From a virus (taxonomy: Duplodnaviria; Caudoviricetes), in the IMG/VR virus record IMGVR_UViG_3300035182_000298, positions 1 through 55,880 of that record: 55,880 nucleotides of DNA, one strand, 5' to 3'. This document shows, piece by piece, positions 16,197 to 26,788 of this stretch. Position 1 is the first letter of the stretch. Each line of letters starts with the position of its first letter. The translations under genes were made by a program, and so were the position numbers. Under the pieces are notes generated by a model that was given only the letters and a program-made list of their open reading frames with translations, had not been told where the DNA came from and did not search any database.

Positions 16197-16702
16197 GGAT
16201 CTTTGATATTGTCAATGGGAAAGTTATTCCTAGTGAACACTGTTATATCTTAAAAGATTTAAAGGTGATCATAGACAATTATCCTAAAAATTACATTGAT
16301 GTCTTTGCCTATGTGTTTTATATGACTTGCCCTAATCCAGAATTAAATCCATTCTTTGATGTATCGGAAACTGATAGAGAGTCTTTGATTTTTAAACAAA
16401 TTAATAATACATTTAGCAGTGAGGATCAAGTAGTGATTGAAGCTATAGCGTTTTGCAAGAAGTTGTATGAGACCCCAACACTTAGATCTTATATGGGTAT
16501 TAAAAAAATGCTTGATAGATTGGCAATGTATATGGAAACACAAAGCATAACAGATGGTAGAGACGGTAATATAAACTCTATTGTAAGTGTTGCAAAAAAC
16601 TTTGATCAAATTAGATCATCTTTTAAAGGAGTGAATAAAGATCTGATGGAGGAACAACAATCGACAGTTAGAGGAGGAGCAAATCTTGCATATGACCAAT
16701 AA
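16181..16702 (+). CDS. helical protein upstream of the terminase (possible small terminase subunit)
   Basis: Position before TerL; C-terminus VRGGANLAYDQ. Function inferred from position only. Confidence 0.6.
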   Translation: MFNMVRIFDIVNGKVIPSEHCYILKDLKVIIDNYPKNYIDVFAYVFYMTCPNPELNPFFDVSETDRESLIFKQINNTFSSEDQVVIEAIAFCKKLYETPTLRSYMGIKKMLDRLAMYMETQSITDGRDGNINSIVSVAKNFDQIRSSFKGVNKDLMEEQQSTVRGGANLAYDQ

Positions 16703-16901
16703 AGAATCTCTTTACCATTGGATGTTTCATTACAATCATTATACAGAACTATGGAGTGCGTTCCAAAGGAAGGATTGTACTCAGTATTTTGACAATCCAA
16801 ATGATCCTGATTTGATAGTGATCAAGTCAAAAGATGTAAATACAGTGGTGAATATCCTTTATAAGATTGGTGGTGATGAGAGTAAAATTATGGACTTATA
16901 A
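16686..16901 (+). CDS. hypothetical protein
   Basis: About 70 aa; TAATG overlap with TerL. Confidence 0.65.
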   Translation: MHMTNKESLYHWMFHYNHYTELWSAFQRKDCTQYFDNPNDPDLIVIKSKDVNTVVNILYKIGGDESKIMDL

Positions 16902-19111
16902 TGGAATTATTTATAAAAATACCTACCTATGACGCCATTACAGAACTGTGGTCCCACACCGAATTTACAACAAGAGAAGACTTTGTGCAGTTCTTACGCT
17001 CAATATTTAAAGAACCTGGAAAATACGAATTTGACCAAACAAGTTTGCTCTTCAACTCCCAAGCCAAACATTTTAATAGTTACAAATTCTATTGTGCAGC
17101 TCCCATTAGATCAAGAGACTTCATTCAATACTGGGATTTTGAAAAAGAAAAGTGTAGGATGGGTGTTATATTCAAGAACAAAGAAAACACTTGGTACCTT
17201 ACGCGGGATTATTACATGTGGCTTAACTTTCTTCCAATCTATAATAAAGAAATTGCGAGGTTTGGTTTCGCGGATGTAAGGGATGCGCAGTATCACATGG
17301 CTTTATATGAGGATATTGCAAAGTATAGCTATAAACATGTAGCCATACTCAAGAAACGCCAGATTGCATCTTCTTATTTCCACGCAGCCAAAATGATTAA
17401 TGGGTTTTGGTTTGAAGAAGGATGGATTAATAAGATAGCAGCATCCTTAAAAGATTTTATTAATGAGAAAGGTACTTGGCGTTTCTTAGATGAATATCGT
17501 AACTTTTTAAATACACATACAGCTTGGTATCGCCCTACACAACCAGATAAGACATTTAACTGGGAACAAAAAATTGAGATAACTCAAGGTGGTAGAAAGA
17601 AAGATATAGGATTGAAGTCAGTAATGATTGGGGTTACTTTAGAAAAAGACCCAATCAATGGTGTAGGTGGTCCATGTTCTTTCTTTTTTCATGAAGAAGC
17701 AGGGGTTGCACCTCGCATGAATGAAACATTAGAATATCTTTTACCAGCTCTAAAATCTGGTATGGTATATACAGGAATGTTTGCAGTTGCGGGTTCTGTG
17801 GGTGATTTGGATCAATGTGAACCATTGCGCGATATAATTTTTAATCCAGATTCTAAGGATGTTTTAGCAGTAAGTACAAACTTAATTAATGAGAATGGAG
17901 ATACAGCTTTATGTGGTCTATTCATTCCTGAACAGTGGAGTATGATACCCTGTATTGATAAGTGGGGTAATTCATTAGTTGAAAATTCTCTAGATATGAT
18001 TCTAGAGGAACGTAAAAAATGGAAGAAAGATCTTAAATCAAACGACTATCAACTTCGTGTATCACAAAAGCCTATTAATATTGAAGAGGCGTTTGCATAC
18101 AGAAAGTCTTCAGTATGGCCCCTCCACTTGATCACTAGTCAACTCAGGAGAATAGAAGATAAGGAATATTACTGTGAGACTGTTGAACTAATATATAACG
18201 ATAAAGGTGAGATAGAGGCAAAGCCAACTAAGCGTTTGCCCATCATGGAATTTCCACTCTCTCCTAGGACAGAGAACAAGGAGGGGGCCATATTGATGTG
18301 GGAAAAACCCATTAAAGATGCACCATGGGGTACTTACTATGCATCTATTGACCCAATAGGCGAGGGAAAAACAACAACATCAGACTCATTGTGTTCTATA
18401 TTTATTTATAAGACACCACTTCAAATAACAAAAAAGAAGATGGATGGTACAATAGAGAATCATATAGAACAAGATCATTTGGTAGCATCTTGGTGTGGGC
18501 GATACGATGACATTAATAAAACCCACGAACTACTGGAAAAATTAATTGAATATTATGGAGCATGGACAATAGTGGAGAACAATATTTCTTTGTTTATCCA
18601 ACACATGATTCATAAGAAAAAACAACATTACATGGTTCCAAAATCTCAAATCTTGTTTCTAAAAGATTTGGGTTCTAACAACAATGTATTTCAAGAATAT
18701 GGGTGGCGCAATACAGGGAATCTATTTAAAACACACTTGATTTCTTATGGTATTAATTTTTTGACAGAAGAGCTTAATGTAGAAACAAAACCAGATGGTA
18801 GTATTGTTAAAACTACATATGGTATAGAACGCATCAAAGATCCAATACTTCTAAAAGAAATGCAGCAGTATAGAGAGGGTTTAAACGTAGATAGACTGGT
18901 AGCATTTTGTGCTTTAGTTGCTTTTGCAAAAGTTCAACAATCTAATCGAGGATATGCTCATAAGATTGAAACTGAAACAAATTCATTTAAAAAAGCTAAA
19001 AATTCAGATAATTTGACTAAATTATCTAGAAGTCCCTTTCGTAATTTAGGCAAATCTTCACTTGCAAGTGGAGGAAAAGTAACTAAACAAGCATTTAGAA
19101 ATTTAAAATAA
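16901..19111 (+). CDS. terL: terminase large subunit (crAss-like)
   Basis: LKKRQIASSY (Walker A variant), FFHEEAG (Walker B), YASIDPIGEG (nuclease Asp), IVENN and NVDRLVA motifs; 736 aa. Confidence 0.92.
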   Translation: MELFIKIPTYDAITELWSHTEFTTREDFVQFLRSIFKEPGKYEFDQTSLLFNSQAKHFNSYKFYCAAPIRSRDFIQYWDFEKEKCRMGVIFKNKENTWYLTRDYYMWLNFLPIYNKEIARFGFADVRDAQYHMALYEDIAKYSYKHVAILKKRQIASSYFHAAKMINGFWFEEGWINKIAASLKDFINEKGTWRFLDEYRNFLNTHTAWYRPTQPDKTFNWEQKIEITQGGRKKDIGLKSVMIGVTLEKDPINGVGGPCSFFFHEEAGVAPRMNETLEYLLPALKSGMVYTGMFAVAGSVGDLDQCEPLRDIIFNPDSKDVLAVSTNLINENGDTALCGLFIPEQWSMIPCIDKWGNSLVENSLDMILEERKKWKKDLKSNDYQLRVSQKPINIEEAFAYRKSSVWPLHLITSQLRRIEDKEYYCETVELIYNDKGEIEAKPTKRLPIMEFPLSPRTENKEGAILMWEKPIKDAPWGTYYASIDPIGEGKTTTSDSLCSIFIYKTPLQITKKKMDGTIENHIEQDHLVASWCGRYDDINKTHELLEKLIEYYGAWTIVENNISLFIQHMIHKKKQHYMVPKSQILFLKDLGSNNNVFQEYGWRNTGNLFKTHLISYGINFLTEELNVETKPDGSIVKTTYGIERIKDPILLKEMQQYREGLNVDRLVAFCALVAFAKVQQSNRGYAHKIETETNSFKKAKNSDNLTKLSRSPFRNLGKSSLASGGKVTKQAFRNLK

Positions 19112-19118
19112 TAGAGTT

Positions 19119-19790
19119 ATGGCATTAGTAATCAACGCAAATACATGTTATGTATATCGTCATGTTAGATTAGATAAAAATATTCCTTTTTATGTTGGGA
19201 TTGGATCTGATAATCAATATAGTAGAGCTTATTTTGCTAAAAAGAGAAATTCATACTGGAATAAAATTGTTGCAACAACGAATTATAAAGTTGAAATATT
19301 AATGGAAGATCTATCATGGAATCAAGCGTGTGATAAAGAAAAAGAGTTTATATTGTTATATGGTAGACATGATTTAGGTAAGGGTTGTTTAGCTAACATG
19401 ACAGATGGTGGTGAAGGTTCTTTGAACGTTGTTCAAAAATTAGAAACTAGATCTAAAAGATCAGAAAAACTTAAAGGTGCTGGTAATCCAAATTATGGCA
19501 AGAGTATTCCTGAATGGCACAAAGAAATATTAAGAAAAGCTCAAACTGGTCGTAAACAAGATAAAGAAGCTGTAAAATTAAGAACTCAAAAACTCAAAGG
19601 TAAAAAACGATCTAAAGAAGTAATGTTACCCTGTATAATTGCCAAGTGTAAAAATATAATTGACTTATCTTCTGGGATAATTTTTGATTCAATTTCAGAA
19701 GCTGCGGCTTCTAAAAAAATAAACAGAACTACTCTTAATGCTATGTTAAGAGGTCAAAATAAAAATACTACATCGTTAATATACATATAA
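19119..19790 (+). mobile_element. free-standing GIY-YIG-like homing endonuclease with NUMOD3 repeats
   Basis: YVYRH...FYVGIG...RAY...EKEFI...LANMTDGGEG, then GAGNPNYGKSIPEWHKEILRKA (NUMOD3-like) and a C-terminal IFDSISEAA HTH. Confidence 0.88.
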
Positions 19791-19810
19791 TATGTTAGTA
19801 ATCAACGCAA
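19125..19810 (+). repeat. 16-bp direct repeat TTAGTAATCAACGCAA bracketing the endonuclease
   Basis: Copies at 19125-19140 (endonuclease start MALVINA) and 19795-19810 (portal start MLVINA). Confidence 0.9.
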
Positions 19811-22518
19811 TGCAGGCTAAATCTGGTGTGAAAACTGATCACACTAGAATGGGTACACTTACTCAACCTTTGCAATTCTTAGCTAAATCACAGAAAGATG
19901 GTGAGTGGGGTGCATGGAACATGGATTGGTTTGAGATGGAGGGTCTGCGTCAGATTAGAAGAAACGCAGGTAGATTTCTCAAGAACTATAAACTTGCAAA
20001 TGGCATTATTGATCGCACTGATTATGTAGTAGAGGAAGACAATGAATACTCTGATTTGGTAGAAACACTCACGCGAGATGATGCATCTGTGCTAGAACTC
20101 AAGTTTTATCCTATCATACCCAATGTCATCAATGTAATGTGTGGTGAGTTTGCCAAACGCACTGACAAGGTCCAATATGTGACCACTGATCCTGTGAGTT
20201 TTAATGAGATGCTTGAAGAAAAGAGAACAATGATTGAGCAGACATTGGTGCAACAGGCTGAAATGAAGCTTGCTACAAATTTGATCAATCAAGGTGCTGA
20301 TCCAGAGTCAGAAGAATTCAAGCAAGCGATGTCACCTGAGAATATCAAGTCACTTCCTGAGATTGAACAATTTTTCAAGAAAGATTATCGCTCACTAGTG
20401 GAGCAATGGGCTAACCATCAACACGAAGCAGACAGTGAGCGTTTTAAAATTAAGGAGTTGGAGAATCGCGCGTTTCGTGATATGCTTACCACAGACAGAG
20501 AGTTTTGGCATTTTAGAATGGATGAGGATGATTATGAATTAGAGTTGTGGAATCCCATTCTTACGTTTTATCATAAGTCTCCTGATATTAGGTATATCTC
20601 CCAAGGTAATTTTGTAGGAAAAATAGAACTGCATACTGTATCAGATATTATTGACAGGTATGGATATTTAATGAACGATGAACAACTTAGATCTCTTGAA
20701 AACATTTACCCCAAAAAAGCTGCTGGTTACCCTATACAAGGTTATCAAAATGATGGTACTTTTTATGATGGTACCCGTTCTCATAATTGGAATGTTACTG
20801 GGCCTAGTCTTGGGTTTCGCCAGTTTACTTCTGTTAATGATTATTTCTTGGCTGCTGGTGATGATATTATTACCCGTATTCTTAATGAAAGCGAGGACTT
20901 ACAAGACTTCGGGACGTATCAACTCTTAAGAGTAACCACAGTATACTGGAAATCACAACGCATGGTGGGTCATCTTACCAAGATTGATCCAGAGAATGGA
21001 ATGAAATTTCAAGAAATTGTCACAGAGGATTATAAAATTACTGTACCACCTGTGTATGACACTATAGTTAACAAAACCAAGGATGAAACTACTTTATCAC
21101 AAGGTGAGCATATCAAGTGGATATGGATCAATCAAGTCTGGGGTGGGTTGAAGGTAGGACCAAATAGACCTAGCTTCTATGGGAATGCAGACTACATGGG
21201 AATACAACCCATTTATCTAAACATTAAACCTATGAAATTTCAATTCAAAGGTGATTACACACTCTATGGATGTAAACTCCCAGTAGAGGGTTCTGTCTTC
21301 TCAGATCGCAACTCACGCGCTGTATCTTTGGTAGATAAGATGAAACCATTCCAGGTGGGATATAACCTAGTCAACAATCAAATATCTGATATCTTGCTTG
21401 ATGAACTTGGCACGGTGATTTTACTTGATCATAATGCATTACCAAAGCATTCAGCAGGTGAAGACTGGGGCAAAAACAACTACGCTAAAGCATATGTTGC
21501 CATGAAGAACTTCCAAATGTTACCATTGGATACTTCTATTGCAAATACAGAATCAGCACTAGGGTTTAATCACTATCAAGTCTTAAATCTTGAGCAGACT
21601 CAACGTATGATGAGTAGGATTCAGCTAGCTAATTATTTTAAGCAACAGGCGTATGAAGTAATTGGAATCACTCCCCAGCGCATGGGACAAGTAAATTCTC
21701 AAGAAACTGCCACAGGTATTGAACAAAGCATAAATGCTTCCTACGCACAGACAGAGATGTACTTTGTACAGCATTCTGAGTATTTGATGCCACGAGTGCA
21801 TCAGATGCGCACTGACCTAGCGCAGTATTATCACTCGCGTAGACCAAGCGTAAGACTTTCCTATATTACTAGCTTAGATGAAAAGATAAACTTTGAGCTT
21901 AATGGTACTGAGTTATTGTCTAGGGAACTTAATGTATTTGTTACCACCAAGGTTAATCACAAGCAAGTAATGGAACAGATCAAGCAATTGGCTGTTCAAA
22001 ACAATACATCGGGCGCATCCATTTATGATTTAGCTGAGATTGTAAAAGCAGACTCTATGTCTGAAGTAACACATGTGCTGAAATCTATTCAGAATAAAAC
22101 AGAGATGCAGCGTCAACAAGAGATGCAACAGCAACAAAGCTTACAACAACAACAGATCCAAGCACAGCAACAAAAGTTGGAGTCTGAACAAAAGTATGAA
22201 GCTGAACAAAATGCTCTTGATAGACAGACACAGATTGATGTGGCTGAGATTAAAGGAGCTGGATTTCAAGTTGGTGATCAGAATCAGAACCAACAATCAG
22301 ACTACTTAGACTCCATCCAATACTTGGACAAGAAGCGTCAAGCTGATGAAACAATTTCTCTAAAGCGTGAACAGGAAATCAATAAAAACAATCGTGAATC
22401 TGAATCTTTGAACTTAAAACGCGAAGAATTGAGCACTAAAAAACAGATCGCAGATATGCAATTACAAGTTGCCAGAGAGAATAAAAACAAGTATGATAAG
22501 AAATCTAAGAAACAGTAG
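19792..22518 (+). CDS. portal protein (crAss-like)
   Basis: 908 aa after TerL; KNYKLANG, FYPIIPNVINV, IGITPQRMG and ETATGIEQS motifs; Q-rich coiled-coil C-terminus. Confidence 0.88.
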   Translation: MLVINAMQAKSGVKTDHTRMGTLTQPLQFLAKSQKDGEWGAWNMDWFEMEGLRQIRRNAGRFLKNYKLANGIIDRTDYVVEEDNEYSDLVETLTRDDASVLELKFYPIIPNVINVMCGEFAKRTDKVQYVTTDPVSFNEMLEEKRTMIEQTLVQQAEMKLATNLINQGADPESEEFKQAMSPENIKSLPEIEQFFKKDYRSLVEQWANHQHEADSERFKIKELENRAFRDMLTTDREFWHFRMDEDDYELELWNPILTFYHKSPDIRYISQGNFVGKIELHTVSDIIDRYGYLMNDEQLRSLENIYPKKAAGYPIQGYQNDGTFYDGTRSHNWNVTGPSLGFRQFTSVNDYFLAAGDDIITRILNESEDLQDFGTYQLLRVTTVYWKSQRMVGHLTKIDPENGMKFQEIVTEDYKITVPPVYDTIVNKTKDETTLSQGEHIKWIWINQVWGGLKVGPNRPSFYGNADYMGIQPIYLNIKPMKFQFKGDYTLYGCKLPVEGSVFSDRNSRAVSLVDKMKPFQVGYNLVNNQISDILLDELGTVILLDHNALPKHSAGEDWGKNNYAKAYVAMKNFQMLPLDTSIANTESALGFNHYQVLNLEQTQRMMSRIQLANYFKQQAYEVIGITPQRMGQVNSQETATGIEQSINASYAQTEMYFVQHSEYLMPRVHQMRTDLAQYYHSRRPSVRLSYITSLDEKINFELNGTELLSRELNVFVTTKVNHKQVMEQIKQLAVQNNTSGASIYDLAEIVKADSMSEVTHVLKSIQNKTEMQRQQEMQQQQSLQQQQIQAQQQKLESEQKYEAEQNALDRQTQIDVAEIKGAGFQVGDQNQNQQSDYLDSIQYLDKKRQADETISLKREQEINKNNRESESLNLKREELSTKKQIADMQLQVARENKNKYDKKSKKQ

Positions 22519-22619
22519 TGTTATAGTACGCACGATTTCTTAAAATCATACCCTTGGTAACCTTTTAAAGTTTAAAATTGCATATATTATAATAGGAAGA
22601 CAATCAAAACCAACCCCAT

Positions 22620-23840
22620 ATGTCAACCAATGAAAACAATGCCCCAGACATCAATCTGGATGAGTTCTTACCAATGCCAGGAGTAAGTGATATCCTCACT
22701 GCTCCAGAAACTTCTAAAAACACTGTTTTTTCTAAAACGAAGGATCTTGATACTAGCTTTCTTGAGGCTAAAAAAACCCAAGAAGACGAAAGTGAAGATA
22801 CTAAGAAAGAACAGAAATCTGAAAATATTGAGCAAGTAAAGAAGGTAATAGATGATATTGTAAACTTAGATAATACTGAAGAAGATACTAAGTTTTCAAA
22901 TGGTCGCCCCAAACTAGATAAATCTGGGATGGTAGAAACCTTCTCAAAACTCATTGAAGATGGTATGATTGTACCATTTGATGATGATAAAGATTTAAAT
23001 GACTATTCTGTAAAAGATTGGAAGGAGTTACTCCAAGCCAATTTTGAAGATAGAGAGAATAAAATTAAGCAGGATGTTCCTGCATCGTTCTTTGATAGCT
23101 TACCCAATGAACTCAAGTACGCATATAAGTATATTGCGGATGGAGGTCAAGATCTCAAAGGTCTATTCAAAGCACTCTCCCATGTAGAAGAGGTGCGCTC
23201 ACTAGATCCTAGTGATGACAATGACCAAGAATTAATTGCACGTCAATATCTTAGAACTACACAGTTTGGTAGTGATGATGAGATTGACGAGGAGATTAAT
23301 ACTTGGAAAGATCTTGGTACACTTGGTAAGAAAGCAAATCAGTTCAAACCCAAGCTGGATAAGATGCAAGAGGAGGTAGTAGCATACCAACTTCAGCAGC
23401 AAGAAACAGCTAAGAATCAACAACAAGAAGCAGCTCAGCAATACGTTGATAACGTATACAGCACGCTTAAAGATGGGGCGATCAATGGCATCAAATTAGA
23501 TAAGAAAACACAAGCTTTCTTATTTAATGAGCTTACTCAACCCAAATATCAATCCATACAAGGTAGAAATACGAACTTACTTGGACATCTACTGGAGCGA
23601 TATCAATTCCTCGAACCTCGATATGATCTGATCGCAGAGGCTCTATGGCTTCTCGCTGACCCTGACGGTTATAAAAATCAGATTAAAACAGTTGCTAAGA
23701 CAGAAGCTACGCAAGACACAGTGCGTAAATTAAAGACTGAAGAATCCCGTAAGATTTCTACGTCTTCTATGACTGATGAGGAAGATGAAAAACCTTCACG
23801 CAGAAAAATTGCAAGACCACAAAACATATTTAAACGATAA
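22620..23840 (+). CDS. acidic protein between portal and MCP (probable scaffold)
   Basis: D/E-rich, helical, 406 aa; position typical of a scaffold. Confidence 0.7.
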   Translation: MSTNENNAPDINLDEFLPMPGVSDILTAPETSKNTVFSKTKDLDTSFLEAKKTQEDESEDTKKEQKSENIEQVKKVIDDIVNLDNTEEDTKFSNGRPKLDKSGMVETFSKLIEDGMIVPFDDDKDLNDYSVKDWKELLQANFEDRENKIKQDVPASFFDSLPNELKYAYKYIADGGQDLKGLFKALSHVEEVRSLDPSDDNDQELIARQYLRTTQFGSDDEIDEEINTWKDLGTLGKKANQFKPKLDKMQEEVVAYQLQQQETAKNQQQEAAQQYVDNVYSTLKDGAINGIKLDKKTQAFLFNELTQPKYQSIQGRNTNLLGHLLERYQFLEPRYDLIAEALWLLADPDGYKNQIKTVAKTEATQDTVRKLKTEESRKISTSSMTDEEDEKPSRRKIARPQNIFKR

Positions 23841-23870
23841 CCAATATAACTAATATAACTAATCTAAAAA

Positions 23871-25502
23871 ATGGCAACACCAGTTTTAAACAATGGCCTA
23901 TTCTTACGTGATACGCAATATCAAGTAAGTTCACATCTTGACAGCTACCATCTTGTCAACATGCTAAGAGGCACAGAACCGATGGATATGGGTCCAGTGG
24001 ATCTATGGGCGATGGCTCAAAAAGTTGAAATGCCCTTATATCAAATGGCATCATTTGGTGGTAAGAACACCATCCTTGTAGACAACCCTCGTGGTGAATA
24101 TAAGTGGCAGACTCCTATAGTTCAAGATCTTCCTTACATTGTATGTAATGTAGAGGATGAGGCAGCAACAATTGGGCAAGATGGTACAACCTTCAAAATG
24201 AAGTTAAACAAGCGTGTCTTTGGTCATGGTGATATCATCACTTATGATAAATACAACGGTGCTGAATTGTACATTACTGCTGATGACATTATTCCAGCTG
24301 GTGATGGTTTCATCTACACTGTACAGATGGTCAACAACGACAACCTTGCTGCATTCAACCAATCTTACTTTGCTGCTGGTACTAAGTACTTCCGCAAAGG
24401 TTCTGCTCGTGGTGAATATGGCGAACGTTTCTCTGACATCATGGTTCAAACTGGTTTCCGCGAGTACTACAACTACGTAGGCGGTGCTGAAGCTCACGTT
24501 CACTATTCTATTTCTTCTCGTGCTGAGTTGATGCTGAAAGGTGGTTTGAATGCTGATGGTACTATTCCTGTTACTGAACTTTGGCGTATGTTTGACAAGC
24601 AAGCTGATCCTTCTATTACTTCTTTAGAGACTATGGTATCTAAAATGGGTAAGGAATATGTGAAGCGTGCATATGACAATGGTACACTTACACGTTCATT
24701 TGTAACTGCACTTGAAGCAGCTCATCTTTCCAAAGTAGCTACTGACATTGAAACTTACTTAATGTGGGGACAAGGTGGACGTATCAAACAAGATGGTCCA
24801 GATGATATTCGTCTTTCTGTGGGTCTATGGCGTCAGCTTGATAACGCTTACAAGCGCATCTATAACAAAGGTCAATTTACTCTTGAGTTATTCCGTGCTG
24901 AGATCTTCAATTTCTACAATGGTAAGGTTGAGTTCAAAGGACCAGATCCTAATCGTCAATTGATTGTTCAGACTGGTATGGGTGGTATGAAAATGGTTAA
25001 TGAGGCTATCAAGCGTGAAGCTATCTCTGCTGGTCTTGTAATCAATGCGGGTAATGGAGGAAATGGTATTGGTGCAATTAATGGAACTAATGCAATGGAT
25101 CTGAATTTTGGATTTGCATTCACAAGTTACACTATCCCATTCTTAGCAAACGTAAAGTTTGTGTTGAATCCTGCGTTTGACAACGTTCATACTAATGACA
25201 TTGAGAATCCTATGATTGATGGTTATCCTCTGTCTTCTTACAACTACATTATCTTTGATATCACTGATAACACGAATGACAACATCTTCTTGCTCAAGCT
25301 TAGCTGGGACAATCAGTTGAAGTGGTTCTATCAAAATGGTACTATGGATTACATGGGTCGTACACAAGGCTTCCAATCTAATGGTCAATTCAATGGATAT
25401 CGCGTATACATGACTCAGACTATGCCTGCTATTTGGGTGAAAGACCCAACCAAGGTATTGAAGATTGTGATGCGCAATCCTATCACTGGCGGTTCATTTT
25501 AA
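23871..25502 (+). CDS. major capsid protein (crAss-like)
   Basis: 543 aa with codon usage of a highly expressed gene; follows portal and scaffold and precedes a strong terminator; ARGEYGERFSD, YLMWGQGG and IWVKDPTKVLKI motifs. Confidence 0.87.
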   Translation: MATPVLNNGLFLRDTQYQVSSHLDSYHLVNMLRGTEPMDMGPVDLWAMAQKVEMPLYQMASFGGKNTILVDNPRGEYKWQTPIVQDLPYIVCNVEDEAATIGQDGTTFKMKLNKRVFGHGDIITYDKYNGAELYITADDIIPAGDGFIYTVQMVNNDNLAAFNQSYFAAGTKYFRKGSARGEYGERFSDIMVQTGFREYYNYVGGAEAHVHYSISSRAELMLKGGLNADGTIPVTELWRMFDKQADPSITSLETMVSKMGKEYVKRAYDNGTLTRSFVTALEAAHLSKVATDIETYLMWGQGGRIKQDGPDDIRLSVGLWRQLDNAYKRIYNKGQFTLELFRAEIFNFYNGKVEFKGPDPNRQLIVQTGMGGMKMVNEAIKREAISAGLVINAGNGGNGIGAINGTNAMDLNFGFAFTSYTIPFLANVKFVLNPAFDNVHTNDIENPMIDGYPLSSYNYIIFDITDNTNDNIFLLKLSWDNQLKWFYQNGTMDYMGRTQGFQSNGQFNGYRVYMTQTMPAIWVKDPTKVLKIVMRNPITGGSF

Positions 25503-25512
25503 TTATTAAAAT

Positions 25513-25546
25513 AAAGGGGGAGCTTAACAGCTTCCCCTTCTTTTTT
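25513..25546 (+). terminator. intrinsic terminator after MCP
   Basis: AAGGGGGAGCT-TAAC-AGCTTCCCCTT followed by CTTTTTT. Confidence 0.85.
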
Positions 25547-25579
25547 ATATTTTAAAAAACAATTAAAAAATAATAAATA

Positions 25580-26008
25580 ATGGCAATCTATCCTTCTGGA
25601 CCATTGAAATTTGTTTGGCAATATCTAAGTTCAACTTTAACTAACTTTAAAGTTAAGTTATTGGGATATAGAACATATAGAGCATTACTGACACAAACTA
25701 TAATTTCAACAGCTCCAACTGCAATAGTATTAGAAAATACTATTGATCCAACATTAACCTGGACAGTTGGAGGAAGTGGTGACTATTCTATTAATTGTCA
25801 AAGTCCTGCGTTTAACAATTCATCTAAGGTTACAGTAATCATTGGTCTTTCTGCAGTATCAGGAGGTATAGGATCTGCTTCTGGATTTTTTTCTAATTAT
25901 GAAATTTTATCTTCCACTAATTTAGGATTATATACGGTTGACTCCATACTTTTTCCAATAGATGGTGTTTTGAATAACACTGAATTTACTATAAAAGTAT
26001 ATCTTTAA
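25580..26008 (+). CDS. putative virion decoration/fibre-domain protein
   Basis: YRALLTQT...APTAIVLENTI motif, which I associate with phage fibre C-terminal domains. Confidence 0.65.
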   Translation: MAIYPSGPLKFVWQYLSSTLTNFKVKLLGYRTYRALLTQTIISTAPTAIVLENTIDPTLTWTVGGSGDYSINCQSPAFNNSSKVTVIIGLSAVSGGIGSASGFFSNYEILSSTNLGLYTVDSILFPIDGVLNNTEFTIKVYL

Positions 26009-26028
26009 CCTGTTAATTTAAATAAAAC

Positions 26029-26289
26029 ATGAATACAATTAAACTATATGAAGTAGGCGATGGTAGTCAAGTTATACAACTTACACCTATATTGCAATAT
26101 CATCTGCTAAATGGAGCTGTATTACGATCAGACTTTGTAGTGGAAAATCTGACAGAAGCAATATTTGATATTAATACACAAGTTTTAATTAAAAATGCTG
26201 TAACAAATGTTGAAAAACTTATTTGCAATAAAGAATCATTAGAAATTTTAATGTCGTTAATACAAGAAAAAATAGAAGACTTCGACTAA
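26029..26289 (+). CDS. hypothetical protein
   Basis: 86 aa ORF in the structural operon. Confidence 0.6.
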   Translation: MNTIKLYEVGDGSQVIQLTPILQYHLLNGAVLRSDFVVENLTEAIFDINTQVLIKNAVTNVEKLICNKESLEILMSLIQEKIEDFD

Positions 26290-26290
26290 T

Positions 26291-26788
26291 ATGGGATACT
26301 TCAAACTAATTAATAAATTATTTCCTGCTTCACCAGATCAAATTCTCAAAAAAGCAACAGACGCTGAAGCAGCAGTCGCACGCATGGCGCACGTGAACAT
26401 CATTGTTAATGATCTTAGTGATATTGCTAAGTATGATTTAGATATAGATGCAACATATGTTTTACCTATCAACACTAATAAAGGTATTATAGATATTATC
26501 AACTTTGATCTTATTGCAGTACCTCTACCTGCACTTGGTACTGAGTATCAAATTACACTAGTAAATAATCCTGTACTGAATATTGCAAATAAAGAAAACT
26601 TATACATTCAACTTACTCCATATTACAGTGCTGGAATTCTGGATTTATTTGTACCATATGTTGTTGCAACAGGTATAACAGCAAATGGATTAAATATAAC
26701 TATCTATAATGCTAATCCAGCAGCAGATCCAGGTTCAAATGGAACAGGAGATTTCTATATATACTATGAAATTAAGACATTAGCATAA
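26291..26788 (+). CDS. putative head-fibre/decoration protein
   Basis: N-terminal KLFPASPD...ARMAHVNIIV motif shared with the next gene. Confidence 0.65.
   Translation: MGYFKLINKLFPASPDQILKKATDAEAAVARMAHVNIIVNDLSDIAKYDLDIDATYVLPINTNKGIIDIINFDLIAVPLPALGTEYQITLVNNPVLNIANKENLYIQLTPYYSAGILDLFVPYVVATGITANGLNITIYNANPAADPGSNGTGDFYIYYEIKTLA

Noticed and set aside
23843-23863. AATATAACT tandem repeat in the MCP leader
   Set aside because: Short and AT-rich; cannot be told apart from an ordinary unstructured leader.
16901-25502. Inteins or introns in terminase, portal or MCP
   Set aside because: The ORFs are continuous, of plausible length, and show no intein splice or LAGLIDADG motifs.
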